A DNA stretch of 64,000 bases from Rickettsiales bacterium (lineage in GTDB: Bacteria; Pseudomonadota; Alphaproteobacteria; Rickettsiales; SXRF01), in contig SXRF01000068.1 of NCBI GenBank assembly GCA_005792635.1, positions 180 to 64,179 on the forward strand, in the 5' to 3' direction. The notes below the pieces were generated by a model that saw only the letters and a program-made list of their open reading frames with translations, searched no databases and was not told where the DNA came from. Each line of letters starts with the position of its first letter. The stretch's first letter is position 1. Made by a program: the position numbers and the translations under genes. Below, piece after piece: positions 27,739 to 36,594 of the stretch.

Positions 27739-28416
27739 ATGTTGAATATAAAAGATAAATTGCAAAAAATTGCGGATGATATAGAAAAGGCGAGGGGGGC
27801 TTCGCCCATTGCTGCGCCAGCCGTTACTATACTTGCTGCCAGTAAATCGCAGTCCGCCCTATATATAGAAGAGGCGATTGCGGCGGGCATCACCGATTTT
27901 GGCGAAAACCGCGTGCAAGAAGCGGCGGAAAAGTGGGGGCAGGGCGGCTTGCGGGAAAAATATCCGCATATAAAACTACATCTAATAGGGGCATTGCAAA
28001 CTAATAAAGTGAAGCAGGCACTAGCACTTTTTGATGTTATTCAGAGTGTGGATAGCCCAAAGTTAGCAGAGGCTTTGAGTAAGCACTACACTTCACACTC
28101 CACACTCCGCACTCGTTCTTTCTATATCCAAATCAACACTGGCGAAGAGCCGCAGAAATCAGGGATTTTTCCCGCGCAGGCGGATGAATTCATAAAATAT
28201 TGTGTGGACGAGTTGCAATTGCCAGTTGTTGGGCTGATGTGTGTCCCGCCCGCTGATCAGCCGCCCGCGCCGCATTTTGCTTTGCTGCGTGAAATCGCCA
28301 AGCGGAATAATCTGCGCGAGCTTAGCATGGGCATGAGCGGCGATTACGAAGTGGCGGTGCGGATGGGCGCGAGCTGCGTTCGTGTTGGGACGGCGTTGTT
28401 TGGTGAGCGCGCATAG
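27739..28416 (+). CDS. yggS: PLP-homeostasis protein YggS (COG0325)
   Basis: MLNIKDKLQKIADDIEKA... LAASKSQS ... GENRVQE ... HLIGALQTNKVK ... ELSMGMSGDYEVAVRMGASCVRVGTALFG. The ORF-track start at 27640 is an upstream extension. Confidence 0.88.
   Translation: MLNIKDKLQKIADDIEKARGASPIAAPAVTILAASKSQSALYIEEAIAAGITDFGENRVQEAAEKWGQGGLREKYPHIKLHLIGALQTNKVKQALALFDVIQSVDSPKLAEALSKHYTSHSTLRTRSFYIQINTGEEPQKSGIFPAQADEFIKYCVDELQLPVVGLMCVPPADQPPAPHFALLREIAKRNNLRELSMGMSGDYEVAVRMGASCVRVGTALFGERA
28084..28114. repeat. CACACTC-type heptad array inside the yggS coding sequence
   Basis: ...CACACTC CACACTC CGCACTC, sharing the 14-nt string CACACTCCGCACTC with 22851-22864. It is translated as KHYTSHSTLRTR. Confidence 0.8.
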
Positions 28417-28440
28417 ATTTGTAAGCCACTGATTTTTCGT

Positions 28441-28533
28441 CTTGTCATACCGACGAAGGTCGGTATCCATGCCTATCGGCGTTTTATAAAGCAAGTGGCT
28501 TGGCATAGATTCCGCCCTGCGGCGGAATGACAG
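28441..28533 (-). repeat. GTCAT...ATGAC multi-hairpin element, copy 1 (reverse orientation relative to 54088-54183)
   Basis: CTTGTCAT ACCGAC-GAAG-GTCGGTAT CCATGCC ...variable... GGCATAG ATTCCGCC-CTGC-GGCGGAAT GACAG. Confidence 0.85.
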
Positions 28534-28635
28534 AATAAAGTTGCACAGTGCGTTATATAGTAATTGTTTATATAATTTTTCTTGCAATTAAAAATTGAGA
28601 AGAGCAGAATGATAATACAACTATAAGGTGGTATT

Positions 28636-28836
28636 ATGAATTATTCTTACTCGCGTTTTTATGAATTTCTAGGGTGGTTTATTTCGCTGCTGTTGTGGCT
28701 GCCGATAACTATTGGCTGGTGGTTTGTGCATCTCGATTTTTTATCAACCTATAATATGCTTATTGTTAGTGGTATTATTAGCGCAATAGTTGCAATATAT
28801 TGGGTGCGTAGTGATCACGCTAATTTATCCGTTTGA
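28636..28836 (+). CDS. Small hypothetical membrane protein
   Basis: 66-aa ORF with two hydrophobic helices. It overlaps the convergent ORF 28815-29186 by 22 nt, so it is uncertain. Confidence 0.3.
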   Translation: MNYSYSRFYEFLGWFISLLLWLPITIGWWFVHLDFLSTYNMLIVSGIISAIVAIYWVRSDHANLSV

Positions 28837-29186
28837 TTATATTTGTCCGTGACGGCGGCGAAAAGATTTCCGCCAATGTCTTTTCCCGTTCCGCTTTGCA
28901 CAATTTCATTGAGTAGTGCGACAGCAAAGCCAATCGGCCCGCCGATCAGTGTGCCGCCCAGCAAGCGCGAGCCAGTTGAAATCGTGTCGCCGCTAATTTC
29001 GCGGTAGGCAGTGGAAATAACAGGCAATTGTTGCAGCGGGTTAAAAATATCCAGCACTGATTTGAAGCTCACGCCGCCCGCACCCAAAAAATTATCATTG
29101 GTAACATCATAACCCTTTGCCATTTTTTGTTGATATGGCGAGAGATTGCGCTCTGGCTGGGCATAAATTGTAATTTCCGTTGTCAT
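28815..29186 (-). CDS. Hypothetical protein, 123 aa
   Basis: ORF with a Gly-rich C-terminal half (LLGGTLIGGPIGFAVALL). No family assigned. Confidence 0.5.
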   Translation of the reverse strand: MTTEITIYAQPERNLSPYQQKMAKGYDVTNDNFLGAGGVSFKSVLDIFNPLQQLPVISTAYREISGDTISTGSRLLGGTLIGGPIGFAVALLNEIVQSGTGKDIGGNLFAAVTDKYNQTDKLA

Positions 29187-29240
29187 ATTTTTCCCTTTTG
29201 TTTTTAGCTTTAGGAAGCAATAGCCGTGCCAATTTTTTCC

Positions 29241-29268
29241 TTGACAGTTTTTTGTTGTCGGCTATCCG
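29241..29268 (+). promoter_or_regulatory. Possible promoter for tRNA-Thr
   Basis: TTGACA (29241-29246), a 16-nt spacer, then TATCCG. It overlaps a 9-nt direct repeat GTTGTCGGC (29254-29262 and 29268-29276). The -10 is weak. Confidence 0.25.
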
Positions 29269-29307
29269 TTGTCGGCGCAATTATTATTTGCCCATTATTT
29301 GTCTTGT

Positions 29308-29382
29308 GCCGCTTTAGCTCAGGGGTAGAGCAACCGCCTTGTAAGCGGTAGGTCGTCAGTTCGAATCCGACAAGCGGCACCA
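29308..29382 (+). tRNA. tRNA-Thr (anticodon UGU)
   Basis: Hand-folded cloverleaf: acceptor GCCGCTT/AAGCGGC, D arm GCTC-AGGGGTA-GAGC, anticodon arm ACCGC-CTTGTAA-GCGGT, variable loop AGGTC, T arm GTCAG-TTCGAAT-CCGAC (one A-C mismatch), and an encoded CCA. Confidence 0.9.
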
Positions 29383-29542
29383 TTCTCCAAACTCTCAGTA
29401 TGTTTCCACAAGGCGGTTGCTCTATATAGTTTAATCCGCTCGCATAGCTGTTTTTGGTTGTTTTTCTCGCGCATTTTTTCGCAAAATTAATAAAAAATCA
29501 ATTATTGCCATATAAACTTGATGGTTTAAGTGGGAATATTTG

Positions 29543-30007
29543 ATGAGCATAAAATATTATAAATTGAAAATGCTGCATGAGGTCGCGGATCTTTCTGTTG
29601 TGCTGTCGGAATATTTTCCTGCACCATCTCTTGCGGCTCTTGGGATTTATGAGCTGCTAATCAATGCCATTGAGCATGGCAATCTTGGAATAACCCACGC
29701 CGAGAAACAGCAGCTAATTTTTAATGGTGGGTTTGAAGATGAAATTAATGCGCGGCAAGCCATGCCTGAAAATGCAAATAAGCATGTGGATGTGGCTTTG
29801 TTTTCCTCTGATGAAATATGTATCATTACCATAACCGATCAGGGTGCGGGATTTAATTGGAAACAATATATCCGTGAATATGTCGCGGATGATGATGTAC
29901 ATGGTCGTGGGATTATGCTTGCACGCAATTGTGGCTTTGATTCTGTTGCTTATAATGATGCGGGAAATTCGGTTATTTGTGCGAGCAAAAAAATTGTGCA
30001 AAAATAA
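29543..30007 (+). CDS. RsbW/SpoIIAB-like GHKL serine kinase (anti-sigma-factor-type HATPase)
   Basis: 154 aa with N-box ELLINAIEHGN, G1 DQGAGF and G2 GRGIMLARN. It is co-oriented with and directly upstream of the che operon. Confidence 0.7.
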   Translation: MSIKYYKLKMLHEVADLSVVLSEYFPAPSLAALGIYELLINAIEHGNLGITHAEKQQLIFNGGFEDEINARQAMPENANKHVDVALFSSDEICIITITDQGAGFNWKQYIREYVADDDVHGRGIMLARNCGFDSVAYNDAGNSVICASKKIVQK

Positions 30008-30123
30008 TTTTCTCCGTTAATTGTTTCTTTACTAAAAACTTCTATACCTAAAAAATAGTTGTGTTACTAAAGAGAAATACAACCCGTTTTTTATGCGAAC
30101 AATTTAGTTAAGCGGAGGGTGCC

Positions 30124-30447
30124 ATGACGGCAAATAATACGGCAAAAAACATAGCTTTGCCAGAGCTGCTGAGCAGTGATGCTTTTGAGCAATTCCACGC
30201 GCTGCTCGCTGAGGAAATTTCTTCCACTGATGATATAGAATTTGATGCTTCTGGTGTTTCGCGCCTTACCACGCCTTGCGCTCAGCTTTTGGCATCGTTC
30301 TTGCAAACAAGAAATTTGCAGGTGGGAAATTCACAGGTGGGAAATTCACAAGTTGGAAAAGCACAAAAAACAGAAATAAAAAATGCCTCTGATGCGTTTC
30401 GTTCGGCGTGGAGCGATCTTGGGCTTGGAGCGCAGTTTGCCTTATAA
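30124..30447 (+). CDS. STAS-domain protein, CheS-like (first gene of the che operon)
   Basis: 107-aa ORF containing IEFDASGVSRLTTPCAQLL. Its position upstream of cheY-cheA matches cheS of Sinorhizobium meliloti. It contains an internal QVGNS repeat. Confidence 0.6.
   Translation: MTANNTAKNIALPELLSSDAFEQFHALLAEEISSTDDIEFDASGVSRLTTPCAQLLASFLQTRNLQVGNSQVGNSQVGKAQKTEIKNASDAFRSAWSDLGLGAQFAL
30319..30363 (+). repeat. 15-bp tandem repeat x3 inside the CheS-like gene
   Basis: CAGGTGGGAAATTCA CAGGTGGGAAATTCA CAAGTTGGAAAAGCA, encoding QVGNS QVGNS QVGKA. Confidence 0.95.
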
Positions 30448-30480
30448 AAGATAATTATAGATAATTGGGGAGTATAAATT

Positions 30481-30852
30481 ATGGCGAAAAAAATTCTAGC
30501 GGTTGATGATTCTAAAACCATGCGTGACATGGTTGGTTTTACACTGAAAGCCGCTGGTTTTGAAGTGGTTGATGCTGAAGACGGCAAGGACGCTTTGGAG
30601 AAATTAAAAGGCGGAAAAGTTGACGCGGTAGTGACCGATCTCAATATGCCGAATATGAATGGGTTCGAGCTTATTCGCGCTCTGCGGGCGATGGCGGAAT
30701 ATAAAATGACGCCGATTTTGATGCTCACCACCGAGGGTGACGATACCAAAAAACAAGAGGGAAAAAGTGCTGGCGCGACGGGGTGGATTGTCAAGCCGTT
30801 TAACCCTGAAAAATTGGTGCAGGTAGTAAAAAAAGTTTGCGGCGAGGCGTAA
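30481..30852 (+). CDS. cheY: Chemotaxis response regulator CheY
   Basis: 123-aa receiver domain with ILAVDDS, VVTDLNMPNMNG and KPF. Confidence 0.93.
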   Translation: MAKKILAVDDSKTMRDMVGFTLKAAGFEVVDAEDGKDALEKLKGGKVDAVVTDLNMPNMNGFELIRALRAMAEYKMTPILMLTTEGDDTKKQEGKSAGATGWIVKPFNPEKLVQVVKKVCGEA

Positions 30853-30856
30853 GATT

Positions 30857-32875
30857 ATGACCGATCCAATGGCGCAATTCAAAGACACATATATCACCGA
30901 ATGCTTGGAACTCCTCGCGCAGATGGAAGTTGATTTGCTGGAGTTGGATGAGTCTGCTGATAAGGAAAAACTAAATGCTATTTTTCGTTGCGCTCACTCT
31001 ATAAAGGGCGGTGCTGGTGCGTTTGGGCTTTCGCAAATGGCGGGGTTCACTCATATACTGGAAGCATTGCTGGATAAGCTGCGCGAAGGCGAGCTTGCCA
31101 TAACCCGCGAGCTTACCGATGTATTGTTGCGGGCGCGTGATGTGGTTTTGCAGATGGTTTTTGCAGCGCGTGACAATGAAAAGCTTGCAGAAAATTATGG
31201 TGCGGAAGTAAAAAGTGAGCTGGAAGTTATTTGCTCTGGTGGCGCAAAACCTGCGGCGACTTCTTTGTTGCAAAAAATGAATAAGCCGCTGGAAACCACG
31301 GTTGCTAAAGTTATCAGCAACTATACGGTTCGCTTTGTTCCGAAACCCTCTTTGCTTTCTACTGGTAACGAGCCTTTGTTGCTACTGCGCGAACTTAAAA
31401 AACTTGGCGAAGCGACTATCGTTTGTGACACTGGAAAAATGCCGAGCTTTAGCGAAGTGCAACAGGATATTTGCCATTTGAGTTGGACGATTTCGTTGGT
31501 TACGGAAAAAAGTGAAGCCGACATCCGCGAAGTTTTCGAATTTGTGGAGGACGAGTGCGATTTAGACATTGTGCAAACCAATGTTGAAAACCCTGAATTT
31601 ATTGGTGAAGCTCCTGTCAAACAAACTATTGTTCCTGCGGCGGAAAAAGACAAGGCAGCGGCGGCATCGCCAGCGGCAACCTCTATCCGTGTGGATATTG
31701 AAAAAGTTGATAGACTTATCAATATGGTTGGCGAAATCGTTATTATTCAGGCGATGCTTGCCATGCAAACGCGCTTTCTGCCCGCGCAGCAATATCCAGA
31801 ACTCATGCGCGGTATTGACGAGCTAAACCAACATACCCGCGAGTTGCAAGAGGCGGTGATGGCGGTGCGGATGCAGCCCGTGAAATCAATTTTCTCGCGG
31901 ATGCCGCGAATTGTGCGCGATTTATCGGCGCAGCTCGGCAAAGATATTCGTATGGAAACTGCTGGTGAAAACACTGAGGTTGACAAAACCATCATTGAGC
32001 AGCTTTCCGATCCGTTAACCCACATGATTAGAAATTCTGTGGATCACGGTATTGAAACGCCTGCTATCCGCCGCGAAAAAGGCAAGCCAGAACAAGGGCG
32101 GATTTTGCTGGCGGCTGAGCATCGTGGTGGCAAGATTGTGATTACTATTAGCGATGATGGTGCGGGCATCAACCGCGAAAAAGTTCTCGCCAAAGCCAAG
32201 GAAAAAGGTGTGGTCGCGCCCGACGCGCAACTTTCGGATAGCGAAATTGATATGCTGATTTTTGCTGCTGGTTTTTCCACGGCGGACGCAGTTACCAATG
32301 TTTCTGGGCGTGGTGTGGGCATGGATGTGGTCAAGCGCAATATTGAAGGTCTTGGCGGCACAGTTTCGGTTTATAACACGCCGAATAAAGGTTCGCAGTT
32401 TGTTATTTCTCTGCCGCTAACCCTTGCCATTCTGGACGGAATGGTGGTGCGGGTGGCACAGGAGCATTACATTGTGCCGATTGCCAATATCATTGAAACC
32501 ATGCGCCCGAAACCAGAAGAAACCAAAAATGTGGCAGACGGCAATGTAGTTATCAATGTTCGCGGCGAGTTTGTGCCAGTTCTTTATCTGCATCAATTAT
32601 TCAATGTTAGTGGCGCGGAAACTGATGCGAGCAGGGCTTTGGTGGTGCTGGTGGAAAATGGCGACATGGCACTTGGGCTGGTGGTGGACGAGCTGGTCGG
32701 GCAGCAACAGGTGGTGATTAAATCGCTGGAAGAAAATGCCGATCCTGTGGACGGAGTGTCGGGTGCGACTATTCTTGGTGATGGCAAAGTGTCGCTGATT
32801 TTGGACATACCGAGCTTGTGCCGCATGAAACAACGCATGAATAATCAACATAAACTTCATTCTAAAGCAGCTTAA
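30857..32875 (+). CDS. cheA: Chemotaxis histidine kinase CheA
   Basis: 672 aa with Hpt motif FRCAHSIKGGAGAFG, HATPase motifs (HMIRNSVDHGIE, DDGAGI, GRGVGMDVV) and a C-terminal CheW-like domain. Confidence 0.96.
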   Translation: MTDPMAQFKDTYITECLELLAQMEVDLLELDESADKEKLNAIFRCAHSIKGGAGAFGLSQMAGFTHILEALLDKLREGELAITRELTDVLLRARDVVLQMVFAARDNEKLAENYGAEVKSELEVICSGGAKPAATSLLQKMNKPLETTVAKVISNYTVRFVPKPSLLSTGNEPLLLLRELKKLGEATIVCDTGKMPSFSEVQQDICHLSWTISLVTEKSEADIREVFEFVEDECDLDIVQTNVENPEFIGEAPVKQTIVPAAEKDKAAAASPAATSIRVDIEKVDRLINMVGEIVIIQAMLAMQTRFLPAQQYPELMRGIDELNQHTRELQEAVMAVRMQPVKSIFSRMPRIVRDLSAQLGKDIRMETAGENTEVDKTIIEQLSDPLTHMIRNSVDHGIETPAIRREKGKPEQGRILLAAEHRGGKIVITISDDGAGINREKVLAKAKEKGVVAPDAQLSDSEIDMLIFAAGFSTADAVTNVSGRGVGMDVVKRNIEGLGGTVSVYNTPNKGSQFVISLPLTLAILDGMVVRVAQEHYIVPIANIIETMRPKPEETKNVADGNVVINVRGEFVPVLYLHQLFNVSGAETDASRALVVLVENGDMALGLVVDELVGQQQVVIKSLEENADPVDGVSGATILGDGKVSLILDIPSLCRMKQRMNNQHKLHSKAA

Positions 32876-32901
32876 AATAATCCAAGAAGGAGGAAACTAC
32901 A

Positions 32902-33423
32902 ATGGCAGAAGCAGCAGTTGCAATAAACGAAGCGGGATATAGCTCTGGTGGCAAGCTTGCCATTGGCGGCAATACCGAGCAATTCCTTACCTTTACGCTG
33001 GGCGCAGAGGAATATGGCGTTGATATTATGATGGTGCGTGAGGTGAAGGGGTGGACGGAAACCACGCGCCTTCCTAACACGCCAGAATATATTCGCGGTG
33101 TGCTGAATTTGCGCGGTATTATCATTCCAATTTTTGACTTGCGGGCGCGGTTCACAGGGCAGCTAACCAACCCAGACGCTAAAAATGTGGTGGTAATCCT
33201 CGCCGTTGGCGACCGCACGATTGGGATATTGGCGGACACAGTTTCCGATATTCTGACTGTTGGTTCGGATGAAATAAAACCCGCACCAGAAACCGATAAC
33301 GCGGTGGATAAACATTTTGTAAGCGGGCTTATTGCGGTTGAGGGGCGCATGGTGGTGTTGCTGGATATTGGCAAGCTGCTTGACCCACACGACCTTGAAA
33401 TAGCCCCTCAGTCAGTCAACTAA
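32902..33423 (+). CDS. cheW: Chemotaxis coupling protein CheW
   Basis: 173 aa with FLTFTLGAEEYGVDIMMVREV...GVLNLRGIIIPIFDLR. Confidence 0.94.
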   Translation: MAEAAVAINEAGYSSGGKLAIGGNTEQFLTFTLGAEEYGVDIMMVREVKGWTETTRLPNTPEYIRGVLNLRGIIIPIFDLRARFTGQLTNPDAKNVVVILAVGDRTIGILADTVSDILTVGSDEIKPAPETDNAVDKHFVSGLIAVEGRMVVLLDIGKLLDPHDLEIAPQSVN

Positions 33424-33470
33424 CTAATATAGAATTAATCATATAAAACATAAATATAGGAGAATTAAAT

Positions 33471-36400
33471 ATGTCAGCTATCAAAATGAGAATTCGCAGC
33501 AAACTAACTTTACTCTTACTTGGTTTTGGTGCGTTACCGCTTGGGGCGGCGATGCCTGTAGTGTTTAACAAGCTGGCTGATATGCAGCAGTCAGCTCTTG
33601 ATGACATGAAAAATACTGCGGCTAGCGTTGCCGAGCTGGTTGATCGCAATTTATTTGAACGCTATGGCGATGTTCAGGCATTTACCACCAACGCCGCCGC
33701 AAAGGATGTTGCAAATTGGTATAAAGCCTCTGGGACACCTCTGGTTAGCTCTATGAATGCGTATATGACCAATTATGGGCTGTATAAGCTTATGATTGTT
33801 GTTGATATGGATGGTAAAGTTGCCGCTGTCAATTCTGTTGATAATAAAGGCAAAGAACTCAATACCTCTGCGCTTTATAGCAAAAATTTCAAGGATGCTG
33901 GATGGTTTCAAAAAGCTGTACGCAAAGAATTTACCAAAAGTGAGACGCTGGATGGTACGGTTATTGAACAACCACATTATGACGCAAATGTGTCAGAGGC
34001 ATATAAGGGGGAAGACGGCTATAGTATTACTTTCTCCGCACCAATTTATGACCATAGTGGAAAAATGATTGGCGTTTGGGCGAATTTCGCTGACTTTGGC
34101 TTGGTGGAAGACATTGTAAAAAGCGTATATGCGCAGAAAAAAGCAAGCGGTTCAGAGGCAATAGCTTTTGCGATTGGAGATGAAAAAGGAATTGCGCTGC
34201 TTAATTATGACCCAGCTCTGGGTGCGGAGACGGAGCGTCGTAATCCTGCGAATATTGGCAAGCAAACGCTAGCTAGTCTTGATATTCCTGCTTCCGTGGA
34301 TGCTGTGAAAGCTGAATCTGGAACTGTTATAGAAACAGACAAAAATAGCGGCGAAAAAGACGCGGCTAGTTGGTCAAAAAGCAAAGGCATACTCGGTATG
34401 CCTAGCCTCGGCTGGACGGTGATTATGCATCAGCCAGCGGATCATGCCTTTGCAGGAATTTATAGCGCGAAGAATACACTATATACCATCATGGGCGTGG
34501 CGTTAATCACAATTCTTGGTGTTGGCTCATTCATTGGAACGCTTGCTAGCCGCCCACTTCGCAAATCAAAAGACGCGATGCAGGCAATTGTGCAGGGCGA
34601 CTATACAACGGTTGTTGAGGGTGAGGATAGCGGTGATGAGATGGGCGAATTAGCGCAGTCTATGAACCAGCTTAAATCTACGCTGGACACCAATACTCGC
34701 CTGAAACAAGCTCTTGATAGTGTTAGCAGTAATGTGATGATGGCGGATGAAAATTTCAATATCATCTATTTGAATGAATCGGTTTCTTCGTTCCTGCGTG
34801 AAGCGGAGAAGGATATTCAGAAAGACCTTCCGCGCTTTTCGGTGGCAAATTTAATGGGTGCGAATATTGATATTTTCCACAAAAATCCATCGCATCAACG
34901 CAACATGTTGGCGGCGATGAGTACGACAACAAAAACCTCAATTCAGGTTGGTGGGCGTTCTTTTGATTTGGTGGCTGTGCCGTTGTTTGATCAAAATAAA
35001 AAGCGCATCGGTACAACTGTTGAGTGGCTTGATGGCGCGGCTGCGGGCATGGTGAATGCTATCAATAAATCGCAAGCGGTTATTGAGTTCCAAGTTGATG
35101 GTACGATTATAAATGCCAACGAAAATTTCCTAGGCGCGTTGGGTTATAGCTTGGATGAAATTAGAGGCAAGCATCACTCAATGTTTGTTGATCCGACTTA
35201 TAAGAATTCGCCAGAATATCGTCAATTCTGGGAGGCTTTGGGGCGTGGTGAAGCACAGACAGCAGAGTTCAAACGCATTGCCAAAGGTGGGCGGGAAATC
35301 TGGATTCAAGCTTCTTACAACCCAATTGCCGACCTTAAAGGGCGTATTGTACGGGTGGTAAAAACCGCAACCGATATTACGCAGATGGTAACTACGCGGA
35401 TTGAAAACGAGGCGGGTATGCGCGAGGCAGTGCATGTATTGACCGAGATTTCAAATGGCAATCTCGCGCTTTCAATGACTGGCGATTATAAAGGCACATT
35501 CTCTGACATTAAAAAAGCGGTGAATGCGACGGTTGAAAAACTGATTGAAATGGTGAACCGCATTAAGGAATCAGCGCAGTCAGTAAGTTCAGCTTCCAAT
35601 GAAATCAGTGCGGGCAGCAGCGATTTGTCGCAGCGCACCGAGCAGCAAGCTTCTTCTCTGGAAGAAACCGCGGCTTCTATGGAAGAAATCACAGGTACAG
35701 TTCGCGCCAACACTGAAAACGCGAAAAATGCCAATACGCTTTCAGCGGAAGCTAGCGATGTAGCGCAGCGCGGTGGGAAAGTGGCGGAAGATGCGGTTGG
35801 TGCGATGAAAAATATTGAAAAATCTTCGCAGAAGATTTCCGATATTATCAGCGTGATTGACGAAATCGCTTTCCAAACCAATTTGCTTGCTCTGAATGCT
35901 GCGGTTGAGGCGGCTCGTGCTGGTGAGGCTGGAAAAGGCTTTGCGGTGGTGGCTTCCGAAGTTCGCTCGCTGGCGGGTCGTTCGGCTTCTGCTTCCAAGG
36001 AAATTAAAGCCCTGATTATGGAAAGTAACAGCCAAGTTAAAACTGGTGCTGAGCTGGTGAACCAAGCTGGTGACACGCTGAAAGACATTGTGGCATCGGT
36101 GAGAAAAGTTTCGGAAATTATTTCGGAAATAGCAGCAGCCAGCGTTGAGCAGTCAACAGGTATTGACGAAATCAATTCGGCAATCTCGCAAATGGACGAA
36201 GTGACACAGCAAAACGCCGCGCTGGTGGAAGAAAACACCGCTGCTGCACAGTCGCTAGTGCATCAGGCGCAGGAGTTGGATGCAATGATGAAATTCTTCA
36301 AAGTTAGCGAAGAAGATAGCTCGTCATCTGCACCACGCTCTCACTCGTCGCACCACGCTCCTGAACTAGTGGTGGCGAAGAAAGCACCAACAGCGGCGCG

Positions 36401-36476
36401 GCCTGTTCCTAAAAAGCCAGTGGTTGCCAAACCAGCTGCGAAAACAGGTACTGACCGCGAGTGGGAGGAATTCTAG
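33471..36476 (+). CDS. Methyl-accepting chemotaxis protein (2 TM, periplasmic Cache-like domain, HAMP, two PAS, MA domain, C-terminal EWEEF)
   Basis: 1001 aa. The signalling hairpin is [40 protein letters not shown]-like segments occur around [16 protein letters not shown] and [17 protein letters not shown]. The C-terminus ends ...DREWEEF. Confidence 0.93.
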   Translation: MSAIKMRIRSKLTLLLLGFGALPLGAAMPVVFNKLADMQQSALDDMKNTAASVAELVDRNLFERYGDVQAFTTNAAAKDVANWYKASGTPLVSSMNAYMTNYGLYKLMIVVDMDGKVAAVNSVDNKGKELNTSALYSKNFKDAGWFQKAVRKEFTKSETLDGTVIEQPHYDANVSEAYKGEDGYSITFSAPIYDHSGKMIGVWANFADFGLVEDIVKSVYAQKKASGSEAIAFAIGDEKGIALLNYDPALGAETERRNPANIGKQTLASLDIPASVDAVKAESGTVIETDKNSGEKDAASWSKSKGILGMPSLGWTVIMHQPADHAFAGIYSAKNTLYTIMGVALITILGVGSFIGTLASRPLRKSKDAMQAIVQGDYTTVVEGEDSGDEMGELAQSMNQLKSTLDTNTRLKQALDSVSSNVMMADENFNIIYLNESVSSFLREAEKDIQKDLPRFSVANLMGANIDIFHKNPSHQRNMLAAMSTTTKTSIQVGGRSFDLVAVPLFDQNKKRIGTTVEWLDGAAAGMVNAINKSQAVIEFQVDGTIINANENFLGALGYSLDEIRGKHHSMFVDPTYKNSPEYRQFWEALGRGEAQTAEFKRIAKGGREIWIQASYNPIADLKGRIVRVVKTATDITQMVTTRIENEAGMREAVHVLTEISNGNLALSMTGDYKGTFSDIKKAVNATVEKLIEMVNRIKESAQSVSSASNEISAGSSDLSQRTEQQASSLEETAASMEEITGTVRANTENAKNANTLSAEASDVAQRGGKVAEDAVGAMKNIEKSSQKISDIISVIDEIAFQTNLLALNAAVEAARAGEAGKGFAVVASEVRSLAGRSASASKEIKALIMESNSQVKTGAELVNQAGDTLKDIVASVRKVSEIISEIAAASVEQSTGIDEINSAISQMDEVTQQNAALVEENTAAAQSLVHQAQELDAMMKFFKVSEEDSSSSAPRSHSSHHAPELVVAKKAPTAARPVPKKPVVAKPAAKTGTDREWEEF

Positions 36477-36592
36477 TAGTGATGTTTGAGGACTAGAGGA
36501 TTAGAGAAATAGAGAATTCAATTCTTTTGTTTTTCTAGTCCTCTAATCCTCTAGTTTTCTAGTTCTCCAATCATCTAATAATCCAATTATCC
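36474..36592. repeat. Heptad-periodic inverted-repeat element in the mcp-cheR spacer
   Basis: TAGTAGT GATGTTT GAGGACT AGAGGAT TAGAGAA ATAGAGA ... TAGTCCT CTAATCC TCTAGTT TTCTAGT. The segment 36492-36506 (ACTAGAGGATTAGAG) is perfectly complementary to 36541-36555. Confidence 0.9.
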
Positions 36593-36594
36593 AT

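Noticed and set aside
30008-30123. A sigma-28 (FliA) promoter upstream of the che operon.
   Set aside because: A TAAA and a GCGAACAA-like box are present, but they are spaced about 23 nt apart rather than about 15, and the match to GCCGATAA is poor.
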